64,000 bases of DNA from NCBI GenBank assembly GCA_018652595.1, contig JABIBU010000016.1, positions 26,911-90,910 of the forward strand. The letters are read 5' to 3'. The translations under genes were made by a program, and so were the position numbers. Shown here one piece after another: positions 29,006 through 37,131 of this stretch; position 1 is the stretch's first letter, and the number at the start of each line of letters is the position of its first letter. The notes under the pieces are model-generated. The model saw nothing but the letters and a program-made list of their open reading frames with translations. It was not told where the DNA came from and did no database searches. The DNA comes from Candidatus Magasanikiibacteriota bacterium. Lineage in GTDB: Bacteria > Patescibacteriota > Patescibacteriia > Magasanikbacterales > UBA922.

Positions 29006-29998
29006 TTAAAACCAAAACCTTAATCCACTCCAGTCAACTTTTCTCAACTCCTTAATCTTCAATCTTTCGGTCTTCAGTCTTTTTCTGTTCTTCCAAACTT
29101 CTCCCAAACCCTTCAAAACACTTCTATCAAATAATAAAAACCAGGCAAACTTCTTTAATTCATACCATAAAATCCAAGGCAAGTCAAGCAAAAAGTTTTG
29201 CCAGTATTCATTTTTATAGAGTGCGGTCAGCTGATTTTTGTAACTGTGATACTTGACCCAATCGGATTGTTTTTTCTTATTCTTTGACGCAGACCGATCA
29301 CTTTTCTTTTCTAAACCTTCTGCAGATCTATCATGATAAGCAACTGAATCTAACAAAACAAATGCCTTGTGACCAGCACTACGCAATCTAAAAGCCAAGT
29401 CTACATCTTCTTTATAACTACCAAAACTCTCGTCAAACAAATCCACTCTATCAATTACTGATTTTCGAAACATTGGCAGAGCACCAGAAACACCAAATAC
29501 CTCACACACTTGGGCGCTTTTTTCATTCCATTCTTCACCAGTAGCAATTTCAGTTACTCGCCTGCTACGAGAAACTCTTAATCCTAATGTGTCTATTTTA
29601 TTAGTAAATTCTTTATTAACAAAATCCCACCTCATAAGACGAGGGCTGACAACCGCTATGTCTGTATTCTGGTCCGTAAACTTTGCCAACTTCTCCAAAC
29701 AATCCGGTTTCAAATACACATCCTGATTTAGCAACAAAAAATATTCTGAACTATTTTTCTTATTAAGTTCATTGTGTCCTTTTGCAAAGCCTAAATTTTC
29801 TTTACCTTTTGTAAAATTTATATCAACAGGAAAACTTTTAATTTCTTTTTCAATTTTTTCTACAGTTTTATCTGTTGAACCGTTATCTAAAATCTTTAGT
29901 TCCCAATCAGCGAAACTTTGCTTTCTAAGAGATTCAAAAAGAAAAGGAATATACTTTTCTCCGTTCCAGGTTACAAGATGTACTGACATTTTTTTCAT
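29006..29998 (-). CDS. Glycosyltransferase family 2
   Basis: DNGSTD, NLGFAKGHN, LNQD and YKEDVD motifs. Confidence 0.9.
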   Translation of the reverse strand: MKKMSVHLVTWNGEKYIPFLFESLRKQSFADWELKILDNGSTDKTVEKIEKEIKSFPVDINFTKGKENLGFAKGHNELNKKNSSEYFLLLNQDVYLKPDCLEKLAKFTDQNTDIAVVSPRLMRWDFVNKEFTNKIDTLGLRVSRSRRVTEIATGEEWNEKSAQVCEVFGVSGALPMFRKSVIDRVDLFDESFGSYKEDVDLAFRLRSAGHKAFVLLDSVAYHDRSAEGLEKKSDRSASKNKKKQSDWVKYHSYKNQLTALYKNEYWQNFLLDLPWILWYELKKFAWFLLFDRSVLKGLGEVWKNRKRLKTERLKIKELRKVDWSGLRFWF

Positions 29999-30004
29999 AA
30001 CATT

Positions 30005-30856
30005 CTATTTTTTAAACAAATCATTCACCCAAGCCAAACCAACACCAAAAGGTCGCAGTATCGCAATCCAAATCCATTTATACATCGGTTCCCATTTTTT
30101 GAAATAGGTCAGCATAGATCGAGTGAATTGTTTTTGTTTCCACAATGTTTTTCTTTTTTTGAAACTCTGTCCGACATAGTCTATCGCAGATATCACTGGT
30201 GTATACATGACTTTATAATTCAAACGTTTTGCTTCACGACATATGTCGACATCCTCATACCAAATAAAATATCTTGGATCAAATGCCCATCCAAGCTTGT
30301 CGACAAATTCACGACGCATGAGCATGAATGATCCACGCACACTATCCACCTCTTGTTCTTTTTCAATATCTAAATCTTTCATGTGATATGAATTCAAGGT
30401 ATTTGGAAATATATGTGGAATCTTCAAAATAAGTGCGAGCTGCTCCCAGAGTTTTGGGAATCGACGAGGTGAGGCATCCCAATTGAATTTTCCATATTGA
30501 TCCAAAAGTTTTGGACATACTATTCCCACATCCTTATTTTTTTTCATCCAATCTAAAATACCATCTAAACTTCCTTCTTCAACCATCATATCTCCATTGA
30601 GAAATAACAAAAATTCACCTTGTGCAATTTTCAATCCTTGATTATTTCCCGCACCAAATCCTATGTTTTCTTTATTTTCTATCAATTTCACATGTGGAAA
30701 TTGATTCTTCACAATCTCAATGGTCTGATCACTCGATCCACTATCTACGATGATCTCCTCACACGTCACATCTTTGCATCCAGCAAAAACAGACGCGATC
30801 TGACGCGCAATTTCTTTTTCATTATTCCAAGTGACAGTGATTATACTTAGATCCAT
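30005..30856 (-). CDS. Glycosyltransferase family 2 (WbbL-like)
   Basis: MDLSIITVTWN start at 30856; NIGFGAGNN and YFIWYED motifs. Confidence 0.9.
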   Translation of the reverse strand: MDLSIITVTWNNEKEIARQIASVFAGCKDVTCEEIIVDSGSSDQTIEIVKNQFPHVKLIENKENIGFGAGNNQGLKIAQGEFLLFLNGDMMVEEGSLDGILDWMKKNKDVGIVCPKLLDQYGKFNWDASPRRFPKLWEQLALILKIPHIFPNTLNSYHMKDLDIEKEQEVDSVRGSFMLMRREFVDKLGWAFDPRYFIWYEDVDICREAKRLNYKVMYTPVISAIDYVGQSFKKRKTLWKQKQFTRSMLTYFKKWEPMYKWIWIAILRPFGVGLAWVNDLFKK

Positions 30857-30893
30857 ACACTGATTACGTTGATTAATTTGGATTACACTGATT
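30857..30893. repeat. Degenerate ~9-bp tandem array (ACACTGATT), downstream arm of the GxxExxY cassette
   Basis: acactgatt acgttgatt aatttggatt acactgatt. Confidence 0.75.
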
Positions 30894-31274
30894 TTTATAA
30901 GTCTTGTAATTTCCAAAACGTTTTACTTCTAGACTGGGATTACCAAAATTTATAAGCAAACCAACTTCCAGACCACTAGCTTTTAAATAAGAAACTGTCT
31001 GGGTTTTAAATATTTTCGATACTTCCCCACTTACAGCTTTCAATTCAACAACAACCTTACTGTTTACCAACAAATCAACCCTAAAAACTCCTATTATTTT
31101 ATTGTTATATACTACATCAAACTTTTTTTCTGTTTCGACAGCATATTCTTGTTCAGTTAAATCATCTAACAATGCTGTATGATAAATTTGTTCCTTAAAA
31201 CCTGGGCCCAACCCCCTATGAATCTTCATTGCAATACCAATTATTTCACGTGTTAGTTTGCTCCCTTTTTACAT
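30873..31274 (-). pseudogene. GxxExxY protein (PD-(D/E)XK-like); in-frame ATG at 31274 is followed immediately by TAA
   Basis: GPGFKEQIY, RVDLLV, VELKA and GLLINFG motifs; reads M*KGSKLTREIIGIAMKIH; could restart at 31229. Confidence 0.7.
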
Positions 31275-31310
31275 ATTCAGTGTAATCTATTATAATCTGT
31301 CAATCAGTGT
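31275..31310. repeat. Inverted ~9-bp tandem array (AATCAGTGT), upstream arm of the GxxExxY cassette
   Basis: attcagtgt aatctattat aatctgtc aatcagtgt. Confidence 0.75.
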
Positions 31311-32368
31311 TTCATTTCTTTCTTAAAAAAATCTACATAAGGAATATCTGTTGGATCAATATTTTTTAGCAGTGCGCTGTAATAGCTAATATAACTTCCC
31401 AAAACTAAAGCTTCACAAGCCTGAAGTAATGCATCTTTTTCTTTCATATTATAAATTTCGTTTTGAATTCCATTTTTGTTTAGAACTTTTTTGGTCACAT
31501 CATAGCGCTTGCCGACCCTCTTGTGATACAAATCTGATTTTAACATTATAAATAACAAACTGCGCTTATTGCTAGCTGGATTCATCATCCCTTCCATTAG
31601 ATGATGATTGAGCTCTGGAATTGCAAAATATGCTGCCATACGCTTGGCATTCTCATTCATTTGGTTTGCCGCTATATGAGCATTGCCGAGTAAATGCTCT
31701 GACGCAACATACAGAATACTCTTGCTAATTGTTTTTCTGGCTAATTGCTTTGCAATATTTTCCTTTTCTGGAGTAAGTACACCAAAAAGACCATCATAGT
31801 ACGCAAGTGTCTTAATTACCTCTTTTACTTTTTTCTGAGAAAGTTTTAGTAATCCAACTCTAGAAAATAAAATCAACTGACCCATAATTGAATAGCCCAA
31901 ACCCATACGAGGTGAACCACAAGGATTATTCTCTGTGGTAAAAATTAAGGCAGGCAAATTATTTCTCTTAGCAAAAGCCTTTAACTTTCCACCTGCAGAA
32001 ATAACAACAATCTTGGCTTTTTTTATTTTTGCTTTTTTGACAGCTTCGACAACCTCTTCTGTTCCACCGGAATAGCTAGAAGCAATTACCAGAGTCTTAC
32101 TATTAGCAAATTTTGGAACATCATATCCATTTATAATGTCAACTGGCAACTTTAATTCACTAGAAAATAAATTTCTAATCAAATCTGCGCCTATAGCAGA
32201 CCCACCCATTCCCAAAACTACTACGTTTTGAATATTTTTATAATTTGTAGGAATTTTCAAATCCTGAGCAGTATTATAAATTTGCTCTACTTGTTTTGAA
32301 AGTAATTGCAAACTTCCAAGCATATTTTGTGAATCTAGTTTTTTTATTTTTGTTATATTGTCTAGCAT
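31304..32368 (-). CDS. Bifunctional phosphoglucose/phosphomannose isomerase (SIS)
   Basis: GMGGSA, SSYSGGTEE, NENAK and PELNHH motifs. Confidence 0.9.
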   Translation of the reverse strand: MLDNITKIKKLDSQNMLGSLQLLSKQVEQIYNTAQDLKIPTNYKNIQNVVVLGMGGSAIGADLIRNLFSSELKLPVDIINGYDVPKFANSKTLVIASSYSGGTEEVVEAVKKAKIKKAKIVVISAGGKLKAFAKRNNLPALIFTTENNPCGSPRMGLGYSIMGQLILFSRVGLLKLSQKKVKEVIKTLAYYDGLFGVLTPEKENIAKQLARKTISKSILYVASEHLLGNAHIAANQMNENAKRMAAYFAIPELNHHLMEGMMNPASNKRSLLFIMLKSDLYHKRVGKRYDVTKKVLNKNGIQNEIYNMKEKDALLQACEALVLGSYISYYSALLKNIDPTDIPYVDFFKKEMKH

Positions 32369-32386
32369 AATTTTTTAATTAGTCTA

Positions 32387-33607
32387 TTAAAATTGTTTTG
32401 TTAGTGGTATTATTTTTACTTGATCATCACCCGCATCAAGAATTTCTTTAACCGTCTTAAAATAAGCTGCTGCGTTAATTGGATAACCACCATAACCATA
32501 CTCGCACATACCCAAACCCTCTTTAGAGCACCCAGAGATCGCGTTAACTCCATTATCATGTAAAAAAGAAGGCCATCCACCTGGATACTTTTTTCCGACT
32601 TCGTCCACAAAAATTCTTTTTTCTTTTCCAGTTTCTTTGTCCTTAACTTTTTTACTCCCAACATCCCATTTTTTTGGTTTTTCCTCTATTTTACCAGACT
32701 TAAAAAGTTTTTCTTGATATTTATACAATCTATGAGCAACTGACGTCCTAAAATTCCCTGGACCAGTATTATATGCCATCGCAGCCAACCCATAATTACC
32801 AGTATATTTTTTATTCAAATAAGCCATATAACCAATACCAACTCTAATATTATCTTCCAAATCATCTATATCTATCTCATCCCATTTTTCACCATTAAAT
32901 TTAACTCTGGCTAACTGGTCAGCTGCATCTTGTTTGATTTGAAAAATACCATGTGCATTTTTATGAGAAACCATATTATTATCACCACCCGACTCGACAC
33001 CTATAATACCCAAAGCAACCGAAATTGGAACACCATATAGCTGACAATATTTTTCTACATATTTTTTTACCTGCTCTCTATATTCTTTATCTTCAATCAA
33101 ATGCTTAAAATATTTTTCCATATAATGAGTTGTTGAATCAACCCCATTAGCAGGTTTGGAAAACATTTTATGTGAATAAGACTCTACAACCTTTGGGACC
33201 ACTCGTTTGGTCTCAGATTTCATATTGAACCCCACCAAGCGCTCACCATCAGCACTATCTTGTATCTCTTGTATTAGATAATTTTCATTTTTATCTTCTG
33301 CAGCTTCTTTTTGTTCAGCTTTTTTTAACTCTACTTCTTTTGGTAAATTCTCTTTTATCAAATCACTTCCCGTTTCTTTCGAATCGTCAACTGAATCAGA
33401 ATCAGTTGACCCTCCTGTTCCATCCTCAGGTACAAAAAAAACATCATCCTCTGGATCAATTGTTTCTTCTCCTTTATAAATTTCAACTTTTGCAGAATCT
33501 TGTTTTAAGTCTTCTACGCCTTTGGCACTAGTCTCCTCGCTAGCACAACCAGCACTAGCCAAAAAAGTACCTAAAACTGCTTCTTTTAGGCCAAATCTTT
33601 TTTTCAT
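32387..33607 (-). CDS. Exported lytic transglycosylase (SLT domain)
   Basis: Signal peptide ending SAGC; ESGG, GIFQI and AYNTG motifs. Confidence 0.8.
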   Translation of the reverse strand: MKKRFGLKEAVLGTFLASAGCASEETSAKGVEDLKQDSAKVEIYKGEETIDPEDDVFFVPEDGTGGSTDSDSVDDSKETGSDLIKENLPKEVELKKAEQKEAAEDKNENYLIQEIQDSADGERLVGFNMKSETKRVVPKVVESYSHKMFSKPANGVDSTTHYMEKYFKHLIEDKEYREQVKKYVEKYCQLYGVPISVALGIIGVESGGDNNMVSHKNAHGIFQIKQDAADQLARVKFNGEKWDEIDIDDLEDNIRVGIGYMAYLNKKYTGNYGLAAMAYNTGPGNFRTSVAHRLYKYQEKLFKSGKIEEKPKKWDVGSKKVKDKETGKEKRIFVDEVGKKYPGGWPSFLHDNGVNAISGCSKEGLGMCEYGYGGYPINAAAYFKTVKEILDAGDDQVKIIPLTKQF

Positions 33608-33660
33608 AATTTTACTTTACTAACAGTACTATATTACCAAAAATAGCTTATTTTGTAAAT

Positions 33661-33688
33661 AAAAACCCATAACCTGGTTATGGGTTTT
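33661..33688. terminator. Intrinsic terminator
   Basis: AAAACCCATAAC/GTTATGGGTTTT. Confidence 0.7.
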
Positions 33689-33712
33689 AGTTTTTGGGTT
33701 TTATGTGGTGCA

Positions 33713-34582
33713 CTAACAGACCAAAACATCATCACTACTTTCACCAGCCTTCTTCGCCTCAGCATACTTACTCATAGTATCTCGCATGGCATCATGTACT
33801 TCGCGCATTTTTATACCGACTTTTTCCAAATTTTCTGATGCTAAAAAGTTATTTGATCTATGTTTTTTGGCCAACCCCTGATCAACTAGATCATCCTCTG
33901 TTATCCACTCGCAAGTAAAATCTGGATCAACTAGTTCTTGGTACAAATCTATAATCTCTCTATGCTTCAAAGTTCCTGGATTGGTCACATGAAAAATTCC
34001 TTCAGATTTTTTCTCCATTAACTGATAAAAGACCTCTACCATATCGTCAATAATTGTCACACTATTTTCCACATCTATAACCTTTGGAAAAGATGACAGC
34101 TTGTCTATCATGTTACTTGGTGATGGAATATAGTCAATTGGCATTCTTATTCTTCCTATTCCAATATTTGGCATTGTTTGTAGAGCAAGATCAGCTGCGT
34201 ATTTTGCTTTGGAATAGACTGCTTTTGGATTGGCAAAATCATTCTCACGCCATTTTTTATCTTCATGTGATGAATCACCATAAAAAACACAGCCAGATCC
34301 AATATGAAGTAGATAGATGTTCCTTTCCTGACAGGCTTGGGCAATCATAATTGGTAAAACCGTATTACCAAGAATTGTTTCCATCTGATGATCCTCACAC
34401 CAATCTACATTTGGTTTACCACGAACCCCAGCGGCATTTAGAACTGCATCGGGATTGTGCTCATCCAGCAATTCCAAAACATCTTGTTTTGTCTCAACAC
34501 GTTTTTCTGCCAAGACTGAATCCTGCCATGCTTTGTGACAGCGTTCACCAATATATCCTTTACCTATTATTAATATTTTCAT
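33713..34582 (-). CDS. NDP-4-keto-6-deoxyglucose 3,5-epimerase/4-reductase-like (NRS/ER type) SDR
   Basis: GxGxxG, NAAGVRGKPNVDWCE, GSGC, YSKAK and RIRMP motifs. Confidence 0.78.
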   Translation of the reverse strand: MKILIIGKGYIGERCHKAWQDSVLAEKRVETKQDVLELLDEHNPDAVLNAAGVRGKPNVDWCEDHQMETILGNTVLPIMIAQACQERNIYLLHIGSGCVFYGDSSHEDKKWRENDFANPKAVYSKAKYAADLALQTMPNIGIGRIRMPIDYIPSPSNMIDKLSSFPKVIDVENSVTIIDDMVEVFYQLMEKKSEGIFHVTNPGTLKHREIIDLYQELVDPDFTCEWITEDDLVDQGLAKKHRSNNFLASENLEKVGIKMREVHDAMRDTMSKYAEAKKAGESSDDVLVC

Positions 34583-35580
34583 ATATTATATTGCCTCTTA
34601 TAGTATTCCTTATATTCCCCACTCTTACAATTCTTTACCCATTCATAATTATCCTTATACCATTTTACCATTTCTTTTAGTCCGTCTTCAAAGCTAATTT
34701 CTGGCTCCCAACCCAATTCATTTTTAATCTTACTAAAATCAATTGCATACCTTTTATCATGCCCGGCTCTATCCTCAACATGCTCTATCATCTCCTCGCC
34801 CCTGCCAACGGCTTGTAAAATTTTGAAAGTTAAATCTTTGTTAGTCAATTCATTATTTCCTCCAAGACAGTATGTCTCACCAATTTTTCCTTTGTGAATT
34901 ATGAGATCTACTCCACGATTGTGATCATCTACATGGATCCAATCACGAATGTTCATTCCATCACCATACAAAGGTACTTTTTTATTTTCAAATAAGTTGG
35001 TAATAAAAAGTGGAATAACTTTTTCTGGAAACATACAAGGTCCATAATTGTTTGAGCAATTGGAGATAGTTATTGGAAGATTGTGTGTATGATAGTATGC
35101 ACGGACCAAATGATCTGATGCGGCTTTGGAAGCTGAATATGGGCTACGCGGATCATAAGGAGTCTCTTCATTGAATCCAGGATCATCTGGTCCAAGCGAA
35201 CCAAAAACTTCATCAGTAGAAACATGGTGAAAACGAGTTCCAAATTCTTTTGCTGAGTCCAACAATACTTGTGTGCCAATCACATTAGTCACCACGAAGG
35301 CTTGTGAATCTAAAATTGATCTATCTACATGCGACTCAGCGGCAAAGTGAACTATAATATCTACATCCTTTACCAAATTATTTACTAAATCACGATCACA
35401 AATATCACCTTTTACAAATTTATAATTTGGATTATCTTCAAAATCTTTTAGATTTTCCAAATTTCCTGCGTATGTCAAAGCGTCCAGATTAGTAATTTTA
35501 TAATCTGGATATTTGTTTATTATATAGCGAATAAAGTTGGAGCCGATGAACCCAGCACCACCTGTTATGAGTAAGCGCAT
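34579..35580 (-). CDS. rfbB: dTDP-glucose 4,6-dehydratase
   Basis: TGGAGFIGS, AAESHVDRSI, STDEV, PYSASKA and NCSNNYGP motifs. Confidence 0.96.
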   Translation of the reverse strand: MRLLITGGAGFIGSNFIRYIINKYPDYKITNLDALTYAGNLENLKDFEDNPNYKFVKGDICDRDLVNNLVKDVDIIVHFAAESHVDRSILDSQAFVVTNVIGTQVLLDSAKEFGTRFHHVSTDEVFGSLGPDDPGFNEETPYDPRSPYSASKAASDHLVRAYYHTHNLPITISNCSNNYGPCMFPEKVIPLFITNLFENKKVPLYGDGMNIRDWIHVDDHNRGVDLIIHKGKIGETYCLGGNNELTNKDLTFKILQAVGRGEEMIEHVEDRAGHDKRYAIDFSKIKNELGWEPEISFEDGLKEMVKWYKDNYEWVKNCKSGEYKEYYKRQYNI

Positions 35581-35670
35581 AAAATTTTATTTAATATTTT
35601 TTTATAAACCACGACAGGTGGTGCTGGGTGAATCCTGCCCCGCCGGTAACTAGTAAATGCATAATAGTTT

Positions 35671-35693
35671 ATCCTGAGCGTAGCGAAGGATCT
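35671..35693. repeat. Left inverted repeat of the GIY-YIG cassette
   Basis: ATCCTGAG-cgtagc-GAAGGATCT. Confidence 0.75.
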
Positions 35694-35719
35694 CTCCTAC
35701 CTCAGATTTTATTTAATAA

Positions 35720-36046
35720 TTAAAATAATGGTCTAATTTTTGACATTGTAACCACATTGTCGTATAAATCATTCCAATCTTTATTGTTCTTTTCAATAAG
35801 TTCTATTTTTCTTTTTCTAAGCCACCCCTTCAATTCTCTTTCTCTATTCATTGCTTCATGTTTAAAATGAAAATGTTCCCAATATATCAATCTATTAACT
35901 TTGTATTTCTTTGTGAAAGCATTATCAAATGTGCCTTTTTTATGTTGGTTAATTCTTTTTACTAGACAATTTGTAAAACCAATATAAATTACTTTGCTTA
36001 TGCTAGCAGTCACGTATACATAATAATTTTTCCTCCTAGGTATCAT
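35720..36046 (-). CDS. GIY-YIG nuclease family protein
   Basis: YYVY..., IYIGFT, R..QH, FTKKY and REREL motifs; ATG at 36046 preferred. Confidence 0.88.
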   Translation of the reverse strand: MIPRRKNYYVYVTASISKVIYIGFTNCLVKRINQHKKGTFDNAFTKKYKVNRLIYWEHFHFKHEAMNRERELKGWLRKRKIELIEKNNKDWNDLYDNVVTMSKIRPLF

Positions 36047-36074
36047 ATTAAAATGTAAGTATTTATTCTTCGAA

Positions 36075-36108
36075 AGATCCTTCCTCGGTCTTGAGACCTC
36101 CTCAGGAT
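36075..36108. repeat. Right inverted repeat of the GIY-YIG cassette
   Basis: AGATCCTTC-(hairpin)-CTCAGGAT, reverse complement of the left arm ends. Confidence 0.75.
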
Positions 36109-36653
36109 TGTGAGTCCTTATGTAAAAAATTATGATGCACCATGGCCCAAGCTGCCAAAGTCTGCCCATCCCAAATTTCATTCTTTCTAATCATCGTATC
36201 AATCTCATCTGGCCTACGATACATTACTTCTATCTCCTCTGTGTCATCTAGCTGCTGTGCCTCTTGTTCTGTCACATAAGCCAAAAATACATGACACATA
36301 TCCTTTACCAATCCATTCAATCCTTCAAATTCACCTATCTTGATATATTCGTCTGCAACATAACCAGTCTCTTCCAAAAGCTCTCGCTTGGCCGCATCTA
36401 ACACACCCTGACCTTCAAATATTCCACCGCAAGGAAATTCTATGCTTTGTTTTTCGCGCAGATAACGCTGCTGCAAAACAAGAACAATCCTACCGTCATC
36501 CAACACAGGCACAACCATGGCATTGCCAGGTGTCTCACCATAATAGTAATCCCCTTCTTCACCATTAGGCTTTTCGTATTTATCATGTTTATAAATCCAC
36601 CAAGGATTCTTATGAATTGTTTCCTCAGATATTTTTTTTAAATGTTTTGGCAT
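36102..36653 (-). CDS. NUDIX hydrolase (ADP-ribose pyrophosphatase-like)
   Basis: Nudix box GGIFEGQGVLDAAKRELLEETGY; ATG at 36653. Confidence 0.9.
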   Translation of the reverse strand: MPKHLKKISEETIHKNPWWIYKHDKYEKPNGEEGDYYYGETPGNAMVVPVLDDGRIVLVLQQRYLREKQSIEFPCGGIFEGQGVLDAAKRELLEETGYVADEYIKIGEFEGLNGLVKDMCHVFLAYVTEQEAQQLDDTEEIEVMYRRPDEIDTMIRKNEIWDGQTLAAWAMVHHNFLHKDSQS

Positions 36654-36678
36654 GTTTTTAAATAGTTTAAATTTTTGG

Positions 36679-37095
36679 TTATAGTGAACTAGCTGCAAAT
36701 AACTTACCCAATTCTTCGACAGTTTTTTCTCCAGCACTGTTAATTATTGAATGCATGCTCCCCCCACCATCACCCTCATAACGAGGCATAATGTGAATAT
36801 GTAGATGAGGGACAACTTGCCCAGCCACAAGACCTTGATTCCAGCCCACATTATAACCATCTGGACTTAAGACTTTATCGATTTTCTCCATAGTTCTTTT
36901 TATCCCAATTGACAAGTGCCCTAACAGATCCTCATTCAAATCAAAATAATTTTCTGCATGAACTTTTGGAATTACGACTGTATGACCCTTTGCATGTGGA
37001 TGAATATCAAGAAATGCCAAAACTTTTTCATCCTCATAGACAGTGTAATTTGGAATTTCACCATTTGTTATTTTACAAAAAATACAGTCAATCAT
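36679..37095 (-). CDS. HIT family hydrolase
   Basis: CIFC, AFLDI and HLHIH motifs. Confidence 0.93.
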   Translation of the reverse strand: MIDCIFCKITNGEIPNYTVYEDEKVLAFLDIHPHAKGHTVVIPKVHAENYFDLNEDLLGHLSIGIKRTMEKIDKVLSPDGYNVGWNQGLVAGQVVPHLHIHIMPRYEGDGGGSMHSIINSAGEKTVEELGKLFAASSL

Positions 37096-37131
37096 ATAGT
37101 TTATATTTTAATATATATTAAACATCTTACC

